From: Saprospiraceae bacterium
GTDB lineage: Bacteria > Bacteroidota > Bacteroidia > Chitinophagales > Saprospiraceae
Direction of reading: 5' to 3'
NCBI GenBank assembly: GCA_033761835.1
Contig: JANRME010000304.1
Coordinates: 5,686 to 69,685, forward strand
DNA length: 64,000 nt
Part shown: positions 44,520-54,820 of the stretch, piece by piece
Numbering within the stretch: the stretch's first letter is position 1
How the letters are laid out: every line of letters starts with the position of its first letter
Notes under the pieces: model-generated
The model's database searches: none
Seen by the model: the letters and a program-made list of their open reading frames with translations, nothing else
What the model was told of the DNA's origin: nothing
Position numbers and translations under genes: made by a program

Positions 44520-46220
44520 ATGAAAAATATAATACTACTTAATAGCTTTATTTTTTGCTTGTTCTATCATTTTTCTTATAGTCAAAACAGCATCCCCGAT
44601 CTGATTATACAGTATAATGCAGATCAGCAAATACTCCAGCGATTTTACACAGTGCAAGGTGCTTCTGAAACAAGCGAACGAATGCAGCAGTTAATTGTAG
44701 ATTATCGTTCGCAGCTTGAAAAATTGAACTACGATCGTCTAACTTTAGGTGAAAAGGTTGATTATCAGTTGTTTTTGCGCAATTTAAATGAAAATTATCG
44801 TCTCGAAAAACAATTGCAAAACGAGTTAAAAGCAGCGGAATCTCTCTTTCCTTTTGCAAATGACATTTATACCTTAATCGTTGCCAAACGCCGCGGGCAA
44901 CAACCCGACGCGCAAGCAGTCGCGGAGCAGATGGCTGCTGTTCAAGTACAAATAGCAACACTTTCTCAGACAATAGAAGCCGGCCCAAATATCAATGCGG
45001 AATTGGTGCGCCCGACGCTGGCATATTTGGAAAGTTTGAAAAAGGCACTTTTGGAAGCGCATCGTTTTTATGATGACTATGACCCTGTTTACTCCTGGTG
45101 GACTAAAAAACCTTTTGAAGACCTGAACAAAGCGATGGAAGCCTACGCCAAACTGCTAGACAAAAAGCAGGAGGTACAGAGTAACCAGAAAAGAGATAAA
45201 TCAGGGATTGTCGGCGTACCGATTGGGGATGCCGAGATTCGAAAGCAACTTCAGTATGAAATGATTCCTTATACGCCCGATGAGTTGATCCAGATTGCCG
45301 AGCAGGAATTTGCTTGGTGTGATCGGGAAATGCTGAAAGCATCAAGAGCGATGGGCTTTGGTGATAATTGGCATAAGGCCCTCGAAGCGGTGAAAGAAAA
45401 ATACGTTGCGCCTGGGCAGCAGCCAGCAGTTATTGATCGCTTGTACAACGAATCTATTGATTTCATTAAAAAACGAGATTTGATTACCATTCCGCCACTC
45501 GCGGAAGAGACCTGGCGTATGTCTATGATGTCGGCTGAGCGGCAGCGGGTTTCGCCCTTTTTTCTCGGCGGAGAGCAGATTATTATTTCTTATCCGACCA
45601 GCACCATGACACATGAGGAAAAATTGATGAGTATGCGGGGCAATAATCCTCATTTTTCAAGAGCTACGGTGCAACACGAACTTATTCCTGGGCATGGTTT
45701 GCAGGCTTTTATGAGTCGCCGGTATAATACTTACCGAGATTTTAATACGCCTTTTTGGGGCGAAGGTTGGGCTTTATATTGGGAGCGATTGTTATGGGAT
45801 TTGGGTTTTCCTGAAACGCCCGAAGACAAAATTGGTATGCTCTTTTGGCGGATGCACCGATGTGCACGGATTATTTTTTCACTCAAATACCACCAAGGAG
45901 AATGGACACCACAGGAATGCATTGATTTTTTGGTGGAGCGGGTAGGGCATGAGCGTGCAAATGCGGAAGGCGAGGTCAGGCGTTCTTTTACTGGCAATTA
46001 TGGGCCTTTGTATCAATTGGCTTATATGATTGGCGGATTACAATTTGAGGCCTTGAAAAAAGAATTAGTGGATAGTGGTAAAATGAGTTACCGGGCATTT
46101 CACGATCAGATTTTGCAGGAAAACCGAATGCCGGTAGAAATGGTAAGGGCTTTGCTCACAAAGAAAGCGCCTTCGAAAGATTTTAAGACCAGTTGGCGAT
46201 TTTATGAGTTAAAACCGTAA
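44520..46220 (+). CDS. DUF885-family protein (putative metallopeptidase-like), secreted
   Basis: Signal-like N-terminus, HELIPGHGLQ (HExxxH-type block) and a length of about 566 aa, consistent with DUF885 as I recall it. Confidence 0.6.
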   Translation: MKNIILLNSFIFCLFYHFSYSQNSIPDLIIQYNADQQILQRFYTVQGASETSERMQQLIVDYRSQLEKLNYDRLTLGEKVDYQLFLRNLNENYRLEKQLQNELKAAESLFPFANDIYTLIVAKRRGQQPDAQAVAEQMAAVQVQIATLSQTIEAGPNINAELVRPTLAYLESLKKALLEAHRFYDDYDPVYSWWTKKPFEDLNKAMEAYAKLLDKKQEVQSNQKRDKSGIVGVPIGDAEIRKQLQYEMIPYTPDELIQIAEQEFAWCDREMLKASRAMGFGDNWHKALEAVKEKYVAPGQQPAVIDRLYNESIDFIKKRDLITIPPLAEETWRMSMMSAERQRVSPFFLGGEQIIISYPTSTMTHEEKLMSMRGNNPHFSRATVQHELIPGHGLQAFMSRRYNTYRDFNTPFWGEGWALYWERLLWDLGFPETPEDKIGMLFWRMHRCARIIFSLKYHQGEWTPQECIDFLVERVGHERANAEGEVRRSFTGNYGPLYQLAYMIGGLQFEALKKELVDSGKMSYRAFHDQILQENRMPVEMVRALLTKKAPSKDFKTSWRFYELKP

Positions 46221-46380
46221 TGTTATATTTATTATGATTTCTAAGTAGTTTGATGGTTTTTGGCTAAGAGGCTCCTTAAGAGTAGCCACGAATCAAAAGT
46301 TTGATTTGATTAAAAATCAGTCTTTTGGCTACTGGATTCTAAACTACTCGACTACTTAATAAACAGATGTACTTTTGAAT

Positions 46381-46423
46381 AAAAATGGGTTGTTACCTCA
46401 TTATCGAATAACAACCCATTTTT
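46381..46423. terminator. Bidirectional terminator between convergent genes
   Basis: aaaaatgggttgtta (46381-46395) with taacaacccattttt (46409-46423). The 15-bp arms include A/T runs on both sides. Confidence 0.75.
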
Positions 46424-46544
46424 ATTTAGTTCAAATTAATAATACATCAACCCTCATTTCATATCGTTTTTAGTTTATGACAATATGTGTTTGATTTTTA
46501 ATTAATTACGCTTATATCCCCGATTTTATATTTCGGATTTGATA

Positions 46545-49025
46545 TTAATCCTCATCAATTGGCATCTGAATACCAATCATATAGCCAATATCCCATTTTC
46601 CAGCAGAGTTATGAGACCATACAAGGTCAAAACGGAAGAGCCGGAAAACACCAAAACCAATATTATCAAGCCCTACACCCAATTCAAGATAATCCTTTTT
46701 TTCTTTAGTGTATAAAAATCCAGCTTTAAAAATTTCGCGCCAGCCGAGCTTACGAATCAAAGGAATTTTACCCAAAATCCACCCATCAAAATTATGCTGG
46801 AAATGCACTTGTAAATAACTATCATTGGTGCTATGTTCATAATAAGGCAGTAAGAAAAAAGACGAAGCGTAGCGGTCGGGGCTGCCGATGAAGGTTTGAT
46901 TGCCTAAAAAATGACGGAAATCCATAAATTGTAAGGAATTGTGTGTGAGAAACTTACCGGCTTCTACTTGAAATTCCGAAGTGCCGACTACACCCAACGA
47001 AAGATCATTCTCAAGAATGCGAACCGACAACAAATCATAATTTACATCGCTCCCAAATGATCGGATGCCCTTTCGATATTGAATCCACAAGTCTGGAAGA
47101 TCCGAGCCATAATTAAACTTCCGATCGGGATAAGATATATATTTTTGTTTGTAGCGCAATCTTAAGTTCGCAGTAAACGTGAGCGCTTCGCTCTGCTCAA
47201 AGGAAGGTACAAATTCGCTGCCCAGCGGATCGTTGGGTTCGTAGCTTTTTTCTTTATTTTTGTTCCAGCTAAAATCAGTGCGATTCACCAATGGCGTGCG
47301 TTGTGCGTATTCGAGTGCGGTCGTCAAAAACACGCCATTAAAAAATTCCCTTTGAAAATTGATACGCCCAAAGGCTTTGTCATACAACTTCATGTAATTC
47401 TCCTTTCCAATGAGCGAGTACAACGTATTAAGTGTTTTGCTAATGGGATTAGCGCCATTAAATTGGGTTGCATTAATGCCGCCAGATAGCCCAATCTGAG
47501 TGGAATGTTTTTGCTCGAAGCGATAATTCAAGCCGAGCGTACCGCGCAAACGCTTATCAGCGAAGCCATAATTAACCGAGCCTCGTGCCGACCACCAACG
47601 GGTACTGTTTTCATCAAATTCTCGGCGATAGGTGGCATTCAAATCGGCATTCCAGCCTTGTACCGTATTAAATTGCACTGTCGTTGCAGGCGAATTAATA
47701 TTCAAATAGCGGCGTTCATAAGAATTCCGATAATCATATCCGAACAAAATATCAATCGGTTTGAACTTGTTGTTTTTCGCATCAATCGAGTCTAGATAAG
47801 GCTTGGATTCGCGTATTTCCTGCAAACTATCTTTTCGAACGTAGTCCACCGTCTCTTCCTCTGTGAGCGGAATCGGACGAATCGTATCCCAGAATTCTAA
47901 AGGCTTTTCATTTGCACCGTCATTTACTTTAAATACTTCATTGCCAAAAAAATTGGATGCAAAATTGGGTTCTAAATTATAATTACTATAAATTCCAGTA
48001 AATGTTCCACCCAATCTAAAACCAAATAACCCTGCCCGAAAAGTAATCGCTTGACTAAAAATTCGATACATATCAGGCTGTTGTATAGGTACATACACTT
48101 GTTTAATCGAAAGCGAGTCCAATCCTGGTTGATTAATATTGGCTTGCAATAACAATAAATCTGCGCTTTGAATATTCCAAATATCTTCTGTAATATAAAT
48201 GATACCTCGATAGACAGGATCTTCATTTCGACGCGGGATTACTTCAATTTTGTTGACCAATCTTCCTTCGTCGTCCAAAAAAGTGCCAATCAGGCGATAG
48301 CGATAATATGCCAAGGCATTACCGGCGATAGGCGAGACGATTTGCCGGCTGAAATCCGCAGTATTTTCATATAAATTAAAATCCATATCCGAAGCGCGGT
48401 TGAAGCCAAAACCATTATCATTGCCGCTCACTTTGGAGGATAACATTTCTTCTTTATACTCGTCGGGTTCTTGAAAATATAATTTAGACTGCGATTCAGA
48501 CAAATAAACAATTCCCTGACGATTGGAATCGAGTGTGCCTCCAAGATCACCTAAATCTCTGCCAAAAAATTTCTCTGGAGCATCTAAGAATTTGATATTT
48601 CCTTTTATGTAAACATCACAAGAATAAGCTTTTATAAGATCACGGAAATATTTACGCTTTTCAATTGCTTTGCGAATGACCGCGTAAGCTGGGTCTTCAG
48701 CATTAGCCTTTACAACTACTTCGCCCAATTCAACGGGCTGTTCTTGCAATGTCACATCCAATAGGATTGGATCGTTTTTAATGCGAATTTGTGCGATAAC
48801 TTGCTTAAAACCAACATATTGGAAAACTAAATTGTAATTGCCCGATTGTAATTCGAGGCGGTATTCCCCATTTACATTGCTAGTCGTACCGATAGAAGTG
48901 CCTTTGACGTACACGCTGGCGAAGGAAAGTGGCTCGCCTTCAGAGTCAGTGATTTTGCCACTGATTTGAGCGTTCAGATCAGCCCATAGCATCAGGAGGC
49001 TAAAAAAAAGTATCAGATGTTTCAT
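46545..49025 (-). CDS. Outer-membrane-type protein: carboxypeptidase-regulatory-like N-domain plus large beta-rich domain (DUF5686-like)
   Basis: The start is placed at the ATG (CAT at 49023-49025), giving MKHLILFFSLLMLWADLNAQ, a signal peptide. ISGKITDSEGEPLSFASVYVKGTSIGTTSNVNGEY is a CarboxypepD_reg motif. The remaining ~700 aa is aromatic-rich and beta-rich. Confidence 0.7.
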   Translation of the reverse strand: MKHLILFFSLLMLWADLNAQISGKITDSEGEPLSFASVYVKGTSIGTTSNVNGEYRLELQSGNYNLVFQYVGFKQVIAQIRIKNDPILLDVTLQEQPVELGEVVVKANAEDPAYAVIRKAIEKRKYFRDLIKAYSCDVYIKGNIKFLDAPEKFFGRDLGDLGGTLDSNRQGIVYLSESQSKLYFQEPDEYKEEMLSSKVSGNDNGFGFNRASDMDFNLYENTADFSRQIVSPIAGNALAYYRYRLIGTFLDDEGRLVNKIEVIPRRNEDPVYRGIIYITEDIWNIQSADLLLLQANINQPGLDSLSIKQVYVPIQQPDMYRIFSQAITFRAGLFGFRLGGTFTGIYSNYNLEPNFASNFFGNEVFKVNDGANEKPLEFWDTIRPIPLTEEETVDYVRKDSLQEIRESKPYLDSIDAKNNKFKPIDILFGYDYRNSYERRYLNINSPATTVQFNTVQGWNADLNATYRREFDENSTRWWSARGSVNYGFADKRLRGTLGLNYRFEQKHSTQIGLSGGINATQFNGANPISKTLNTLYSLIGKENYMKLYDKAFGRINFQREFFNGVFLTTALEYAQRTPLVNRTDFSWNKNKEKSYEPNDPLGSEFVPSFEQSEALTFTANLRLRYKQKYISYPDRKFNYGSDLPDLWIQYRKGIRSFGSDVNYDLLSVRILENDLSLGVVGTSEFQVEAGKFLTHNSLQFMDFRHFLGNQTFIGSPDRYASSFFLLPYYEHSTNDSYLQVHFQHNFDGWILGKIPLIRKLGWREIFKAGFLYTKEKKDYLELGVGLDNIGFGVFRLFRFDLVWSHNSAGKWDIGYMIGIQMPIDED

Positions 49026-49197
49026 ACGTAGATGTTTGATGTAAAACAGGGTTTGGCGCAAAGTTATTATGAAGAGTGGAAATAATGATTTAAGGTTGGT
49101 TTAAAAATAATTTAAAGATGTGTTAAAATAGAGATATAGGTTTACTGGCGTAAGGCGTAAAGACATATAAGTAATTCGCTATATTATGAATTTTTAA

Positions 49198-50763
49198 TCA
49201 TCCCATCTTCTCTAACAATCCTTCCCGTTTTGCAAATTTTTCCATTGCAATTTCTTGAATCGGGCGATTTTCAATTTTACTTTCTAACCAAGATATGATG
49301 TCCAGATAAAGAAATGCTCGTTTTTCATAAGGGTCGTTTAGCAATTTAAGTAATTTTTCTTTCAAACTGATAAACTCTTGTTTCATTTCTGACTCACGCA
49401 TTCGCGGTACGCGCCGCACAAAGCGGAATATTTCTTGCAAAACGGATTGCATTTGTTCCATCTTTGATAAAAAACGATACACTGATTTTACTTGATATTC
49501 AACTAATTGCGCGTTCCCTAACTCATAGTGCGCAATCAAATTGAGAATTCTGGCAAATGACTGAATATCTTCCCGATAATCTGGATTTTTTTGATTGATA
49601 ATCATATTTAAATATTCAATCGCATTTTTATTATCGCCGCTACCAAAATACAAGCAAGCGATACGATAATAAAATAGCATGACACGATGATTGTCCCAAT
49701 TGTATTCGTCTTCATCTATCAATTCTATTACTTTGGGAATCAGCTTAATACCTTCACTGAAAGTGCCTTCTATAAAATGTTTTTTGACGGTGTGATTGTA
49801 TAAAAATAAATAATAAAGCCCTTCTATATTTTTATTTTGCGTTATATCATATTCGTCGGCAAAACTTTTTAATTCAATTAAAGTTTTTTCAAATTTTTGA
49901 TAATATAATAAATTAAAAAGCACATTCAACAAATTATGAACCCCTTTGAGATACATCGGTACGTTGAGCAATTTCAACTCCGATTCCTCATGAAATAAGT
50001 CCACCCAACGCTGTGCGTACCGATAACTCATCGGAAAATCCTGTATCATGTGATAGTACCAAATATGCGCCTGACAATAATAAATTTTGCCATAAAAATC
50101 GAGCCGCTTGTAATCAATATCAGGTAATTTACTTTTAAAAAATTCTTTTACATAATTATGATCTTTTTCATTACGTGCAAAACCAACCTTGATGTACAAT
50201 CCATACATCTGCAAGGCGAGGTTGGAAAAACGATTGGTTTCCGTTAGTATTTTGTTGATTTCCAGGGCTTCAGCAGTCAATTCCTCTGCTCGGCCTTCTA
50301 TACTGCGGGTGATGTACTGCGCTTCGATGTATTTTTCAAATTCAATGATTTCTAGAGCGATTGCATAAAACTTTCCTTTGATGGCTCGTGCTTTTGCTTT
50401 GTCTAAAATATCTAGACTTTGACGATATAATCCCTTGTCGTACAATACTTTAGCGTGGTCAATCGATTCGCGTATCTGGAGATCTTCAACATGATTTCGA
50501 TTCAATAATCTTAAACTTGTGAGTAATTGTTTATATAAATGTGCCTTCAAATTAGAAAGTTGGGTCTTTTTAATCGCTGGCAGCTTCCGCAAAATCATAT
50601 CTTCATCGTACTCTTTGTATTTGTCAAGCATATCAAACAATTGTAAAAACAAAATATCGTCCGATGCCTGATTGCGCCCTACAAACAGACGAAAATGCCT
50701 TTTTTCCGCTCGTGTCAGCGACTTAATTAATTGTATGAGGTCGTCGGTTTTTTGCTTAGGCAT
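49198..50763 (-). CDS. Hypothetical all-helical (TPR-like) protein
   Basis: 521-aa ORF with no signal peptide and repeated amphipathic helical segments. No family recognised. Confidence 0.6.
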   Translation of the reverse strand: MPKQKTDDLIQLIKSLTRAEKRHFRLFVGRNQASDDILFLQLFDMLDKYKEYDEDMILRKLPAIKKTQLSNLKAHLYKQLLTSLRLLNRNHVEDLQIRESIDHAKVLYDKGLYRQSLDILDKAKARAIKGKFYAIALEIIEFEKYIEAQYITRSIEGRAEELTAEALEINKILTETNRFSNLALQMYGLYIKVGFARNEKDHNYVKEFFKSKLPDIDYKRLDFYGKIYYCQAHIWYYHMIQDFPMSYRYAQRWVDLFHEESELKLLNVPMYLKGVHNLLNVLFNLLYYQKFEKTLIELKSFADEYDITQNKNIEGLYYLFLYNHTVKKHFIEGTFSEGIKLIPKVIELIDEDEYNWDNHRVMLFYYRIACLYFGSGDNKNAIEYLNMIINQKNPDYREDIQSFARILNLIAHYELGNAQLVEYQVKSVYRFLSKMEQMQSVLQEIFRFVRRVPRMRESEMKQEFISLKEKLLKLLNDPYEKRAFLYLDIISWLESKIENRPIQEIAMEKFAKREGLLEKMG

Positions 50764-50875
50764 TGTATTTGTAGTTTAATTAAAAACCTGATAGCCAAAA
50801 TACTATGTAAAATTGCTTTTATTGTGATTTCGGATTATTTGTCTATTTTATTTTCCTTGCCAATTCTTGAACCAC

Positions 50876-50883
50876 TAACTTTG
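50876..50883 (+). promoter_or_regulatory. Candidate -7 promoter element of an unannotated short transcript
   Basis: TAACTTTG fits TAnnTTTG and lies about 90 nt upstream of the orphan terminator. Confidence 0.3.
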
Positions 50884-50971
50884 AATCAACAAACATAACA
50901 TCTTTCTTAAGATCAAAGGTTAAATTTCATCAGTTCGAAGTTATTATAAACGATTTGAGTTCATTAAGTGG

Positions 50972-51001
50972 CGGCGCGCAAGAGCGCCGTTCTTTTTTTT
51001 T
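50972..51001 (+). terminator. Strong orphan rho-independent terminator upstream of recQ
   Basis: cggcgc (50972-50977) with gcgccg (50984-50989) and a 6-nt loop, followed by t-t-c and then 9 T. No plus-strand gene lies upstream. Confidence 0.75.
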
Positions 51002-51061
51002 GGGAAAAGCAGGAAAGCGTTGTTTATCAACAGGCAAATTTGCTAAATTTGTTCAAAATTA

Positions 51062-52978
51062 TTGACAAAATTTGCTTTGATTGATACGCCGTTACATATT
51101 CTTAAAAAATACTGGGGTTATAATGCTTTCCGAGACTTGCAAGCCGACATCATCCAGTCGGTACTCGATGGCAAAGATACCCTGGCGCTGATGCCTACAG
51201 GCGGCGGTAAATCTATCTGTTTTCAAGTGCCTGCGCTTTGCCAGGAAGGTATTTGCATTGTTATTTCTCCGCTTATTGCATTAATGAAAGATCAGGTACA
51301 TAATCTGCGTCAACGTAATATTCCTGCTGCTGCTATTTATTCGGGGATGCATTCCATAGAAATGGACCGAATTTTTGATAATTGTGTTTATGGCAATACC
51401 AAGTTGCTTTACCTTTCACCAGAGCGTTTGGTTACGGATTTGGCCCGCGAACGCATTTCACGGATGCACGTCAATCTGCTGGCAGTGGACGAAGCACATT
51501 GTATCTCGCAGTGGGGTTATGATTTTCGTCCGTCTTATCTTGAAATTGTGAATATTCGTGAACTTGTTCCCAAAGCGCCGATTCTGGCTTTGACCGCTAC
51601 CGCTACGCCCGAAGTAGTAGAAGATATTCAAGAAAAATTGCAATTCAAATCCAAGAATGTATTTCAAAAAAGCTTTGCCCGAAGCAATCTCGCTTATGTT
51701 GTATTGAATGAAGAGGGAAAAATGGAAAAATTACTGGATATTTTAAAAAAGGTGAAAGGCTCGGGTGTAGTTTATGTACGCAATCGACGTAAAACAAAGG
51801 AAATTGCTCAGTTTTTGGTACAAAAAGGAATTGCCGCTGATTTTTATCATGCCGGTTTACAGCCTGAAGAACGTTCGGAAAAACAAGACGCATGGATTGA
51901 AAATCAAACGCGTATTATAGTGAGTACCAATGCTTTTGGGATGGGAATCGATAAGCCCGACGTGCGTGTAGTGGTACATTTGGAACTGCCTGATAGCCTC
52001 GAAGCATATTTCCAAGAAGCTGGGCGCGCGGGGCGCGATGGTAAAAAATCTTATGCTGTATTGTTATATAATCATAATGACCGCTTGAGTCTTGAGAAAA
52101 ACTATGCATTGGCTTTCCCTGAAATAAATGAAATTCGACGTGTATATCATGCTTTAGGAAGTTATTATCAACTCGCTATTGGAGCAGGCGCTGGGGCGAG
52201 TTATGATTTTGATATGATATCCTTTGGAAAAAATTTTCAATTAGAGCCTATCAGAACATTACACGCGCTCAAAACGCTGGAACAAGCCAGCTGGCTTACG
52301 CTTACTGAGGCTGTTTACACGCCTTCGAGTTTGCAGGTAAAGGTTTCCAAAGAAGAATTATACGATTATCAATTGCGACATCCTAAATATGATTTGATGC
52401 TCAAAGCCATTTTGCGCTCTTATCAGGGTTCTTTTAGTCATTTTGTAAATGTTCGTGAATCACAATTGGCTTCTTTTTTAAAAATTTCAATCGAGGAAGT
52501 TATAAAAACGCTAGATTTATTACATAAAGATAATATCATTGAATATTTGCCGCAGACCGATCAACCGCAACTCACTTTCCTGCAAGATCGGGTTGACGCA
52601 AACGATTTGACAATTGACCACCAATTGTACGAATTTCGGCGCAAACGGCACTGGGAACGCATCCAAAAAGCGATTGCTTATGCCGAAGATCCAATTTGCA
52701 GGAGTCGCCAATTATTGAATTATTTTGGTGAAAAAAATGATAAAGATTGTGGTATTTGTGATGTATGTCTTGGCAGAACCAAAGCTGATTTAAGTAATGC
52801 GGATTATGATGCGATTAAAAATAAAATTCAAGAAAAGCTAAATGAAAATGTAATGCCCCTGGAGCAACTTATGAGTGGATTTTCATCTACTAGCCAGGAA
52901 AAAGTGCTACGTGTATTGGAATACTTATTGGATGAAGGCTACGTTTTTCAGAATGGAAATGTTTTACAATGGAAATGA
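51062..52978 (+). CDS. recQ: RecQ-family ATP-dependent DNA helicase
   Basis: Walker A LMPTGGGKS, DEAH box (VDEAHCISQWGYDFRP), and a RecQ-Ct Zn motif (CRSRQLLNYFGE...CGICDVC). The start is a TTG. Confidence 0.9.
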   Translation: MTKFALIDTPLHILKKYWGYNAFRDLQADIIQSVLDGKDTLALMPTGGGKSICFQVPALCQEGICIVISPLIALMKDQVHNLRQRNIPAAAIYSGMHSIEMDRIFDNCVYGNTKLLYLSPERLVTDLARERISRMHVNLLAVDEAHCISQWGYDFRPSYLEIVNIRELVPKAPILALTATATPEVVEDIQEKLQFKSKNVFQKSFARSNLAYVVLNEEGKMEKLLDILKKVKGSGVVYVRNRRKTKEIAQFLVQKGIAADFYHAGLQPEERSEKQDAWIENQTRIIVSTNAFGMGIDKPDVRVVVHLELPDSLEAYFQEAGRAGRDGKKSYAVLLYNHNDRLSLEKNYALAFPEINEIRRVYHALGSYYQLAIGAGAGASYDFDMISFGKNFQLEPIRTLHALKTLEQASWLTLTEAVYTPSSLQVKVSKEELYDYQLRHPKYDLMLKAILRSYQGSFSHFVNVRESQLASFLKISIEEVIKTLDLLHKDNIIEYLPQTDQPQLTFLQDRVDANDLTIDHQLYEFRRKRHWERIQKAIAYAEDPICRSRQLLNYFGEKNDKDCGICDVCLGRTKADLSNADYDAIKNKIQEKLNENVMPLEQLMSGFSSTSQEKVLRVLEYLLDEGYVFQNGNVLQWK

Positions 52979-52999
52979 TTTAAATTTAATTCGCTTACT

Positions 53000-53674
53000 A
53001 TGATAAGGAAATTAAGCAAAATTGATTGGAGGTATGCACTTGGCGAAGTATTCCTTATTTTTCTGGGCATCAACCTAGCATTATGGTTTAATAATTTAAA
53101 CGAAAATCGAAAAACAAGAAGCCAGGAGATAGAAACGCTTAAAGAAATCAAATTGGGTTTACAGGCAGATTTAATAGATATTGTTACAAATATTGAAGGA
53201 TTTGAAAATCGAACCAAGAGTTATGATCTATTGATTAAATATTTGATTAATAAAAAGCCAATGGATGATAGTCTTCGGATGTATCTTCCTTTTTTAAGCG
53301 GCTCTACGATGTTTGTTACCAACAGGACGCCCTACGAAACACTAAAATCACATGGATTTTGGTTAATAAGTAATGACAGTTTGCGCGCAGCCATTATGAA
53401 ATATTATGATGTTTCTCAGGACTGGATGTTAATAAACGAGGATGGGTATTTACAACATTATACAATGAACATTAAACCTATTTTGGTCAAACACTTTGAG
53501 TTTAGAAAAGGGTTGCTGCCTTTTGATTTTGACGCTTTGTGCCAGGATAGAGAAGTGCTGCAAAATCTACTCTGGGCAAATTCATTAAATTATTTGCAAC
53601 TTAATTTGTATAAAGATATTAGAACAGAAGCCAATACTCTCATTCAAAAAATAGATAAAGAATTAGCTCGTTAA
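53000..53674 (+). CDS. Single-pass membrane protein, DUF6090-like
   Basis: 224 aa. The N-terminus ...YALGEVFLIFLGINLALWFNNLNENRK resembles the conserved anchor of DUF6090 proteins. This is a recollection. Confidence 0.5.
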   Translation: MIRKLSKIDWRYALGEVFLIFLGINLALWFNNLNENRKTRSQEIETLKEIKLGLQADLIDIVTNIEGFENRTKSYDLLIKYLINKKPMDDSLRMYLPFLSGSTMFVTNRTPYETLKSHGFWLISNDSLRAAIMKYYDVSQDWMLINEDGYLQHYTMNIKPILVKHFEFRKGLLPFDFDALCQDREVLQNLLWANSLNYLQLNLYKDIRTEANTLIQKIDKELAR

Positions 53675-53677
53675 GCT

Positions 53678-54778
53678 TTGGGAAAAAATATCATTTGTAC
53701 CGTTACCAACGATCTTTCTTATGACCAACGCATGATTCGTATTTGTACAAGTCTTGCTCATGCTGGTTATAAAGTGCTGTTAATCGGGCGGTTGAAAAGA
53801 AATTCTGAGTCATTGATAAATAAACCTTTTCAACAAAAACGCTTGAAATGCTGGTTTGAAAAAGGTAAGTTTTTTTATATTGAATATAATATTCGATTGC
53901 TTTTTTATTTACTTTTTGTAAAATTTGATGCGATTTGCGCAGTAGATTTAGATACCATTTTACCAGGATTATTTCTGAGTAAAATCCGTGGAAAGCCCTG
54001 TGTTTATGATGCGCATGAGTATTTTACAGAAACGCCAGAAGTTGTGCGCCGCCCAATTATAAAATATATTTGGGAAATGATTGCCAAATTTGCCATTCCG
54101 CGCGTGGAGGTAGCATACACGGTGGGGGAGGAGTTAGCAAAGATTTTTGAACAGCGATATAAAAAGAAATTTTGGGTCATTCGAAATGTACCATTTCGAC
54201 AAGAAGGAATTGCAAATCCAACTCGAAATATTATATTATATCAAGGTGTATTAAATGAAGGACGCGGTTTGGAACAAGCCATCGAAGCGATGCAAACGCT
54301 TGAAAATAGTGAACTTTGGCTGGCTGGCGAAGGCGATTTATCTGCATTTTTGCGACAAAAAGTTATTCATTTACAATTGGAAAATAAAGTAAAATTCTTG
54401 GGTTATTTACATCCAAAAGAGTTACATGAAACAACATTGCAAGCGAAAATAGGGCTTAATTTATTGGAAAACAGAGGCTTGAGTTATTATTATTCTTTAG
54501 CAAACAAAACATTTGATTATATTCAGGCGGGCATCCCTTCCATTCATATGAATTTTCCGGAATATAATAAAATTAATGAAAAGCATGATGTTTTTTTACT
54601 AATTGAGGATTTGAATATTCAAAGAATTATAACAGCCATTGAAAATTTAATCAAAAATAAGGATTTGTATAATGAATTGCGAGAAAATTGCCTGGAAGCT
54701 AAAAAAATCTTTGTTTGGGAGAAAGAAGAAGAAAAATTAATAGCGCTGTATAATAACCTGTTAAAGAATAAGCATTAG
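53678..54778 (+). CDS. Glycosyltransferase (GT-B fold, GT4-like)
   Basis: 366 aa with a TTG start. The C-terminal half contains ILYQGVLNEGRGLEQAIEAM...LWLAGEGD and an E-x7-E-like region. Confidence 0.7.
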   Translation: MGKNIICTVTNDLSYDQRMIRICTSLAHAGYKVLLIGRLKRNSESLINKPFQQKRLKCWFEKGKFFYIEYNIRLLFYLLFVKFDAICAVDLDTILPGLFLSKIRGKPCVYDAHEYFTETPEVVRRPIIKYIWEMIAKFAIPRVEVAYTVGEELAKIFEQRYKKKFWVIRNVPFRQEGIANPTRNIILYQGVLNEGRGLEQAIEAMQTLENSELWLAGEGDLSAFLRQKVIHLQLENKVKFLGYLHPKELHETTLQAKIGLNLLENRGLSYYYSLANKTFDYIQAGIPSIHMNFPEYNKINEKHDVFLLIEDLNIQRIITAIENLIKNKDLYNELRENCLEAKKIFVWEKEEEKLIALYNNLLKNKH

Positions 54779-54802
54779 GAAATTTGTAAATCTCCTAATG
54801 CT
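54771..54802. terminator. Hairpin between convergent genes
   Basis: agcattagga (54771-54780) with tcctaatgct (54793-54802) and a 12-nt loop. It overlaps the GT stop codon. There is no T-run. Confidence 0.45.
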
Positions 54803-54820
54803 TGGCAATCAATTATTTGA

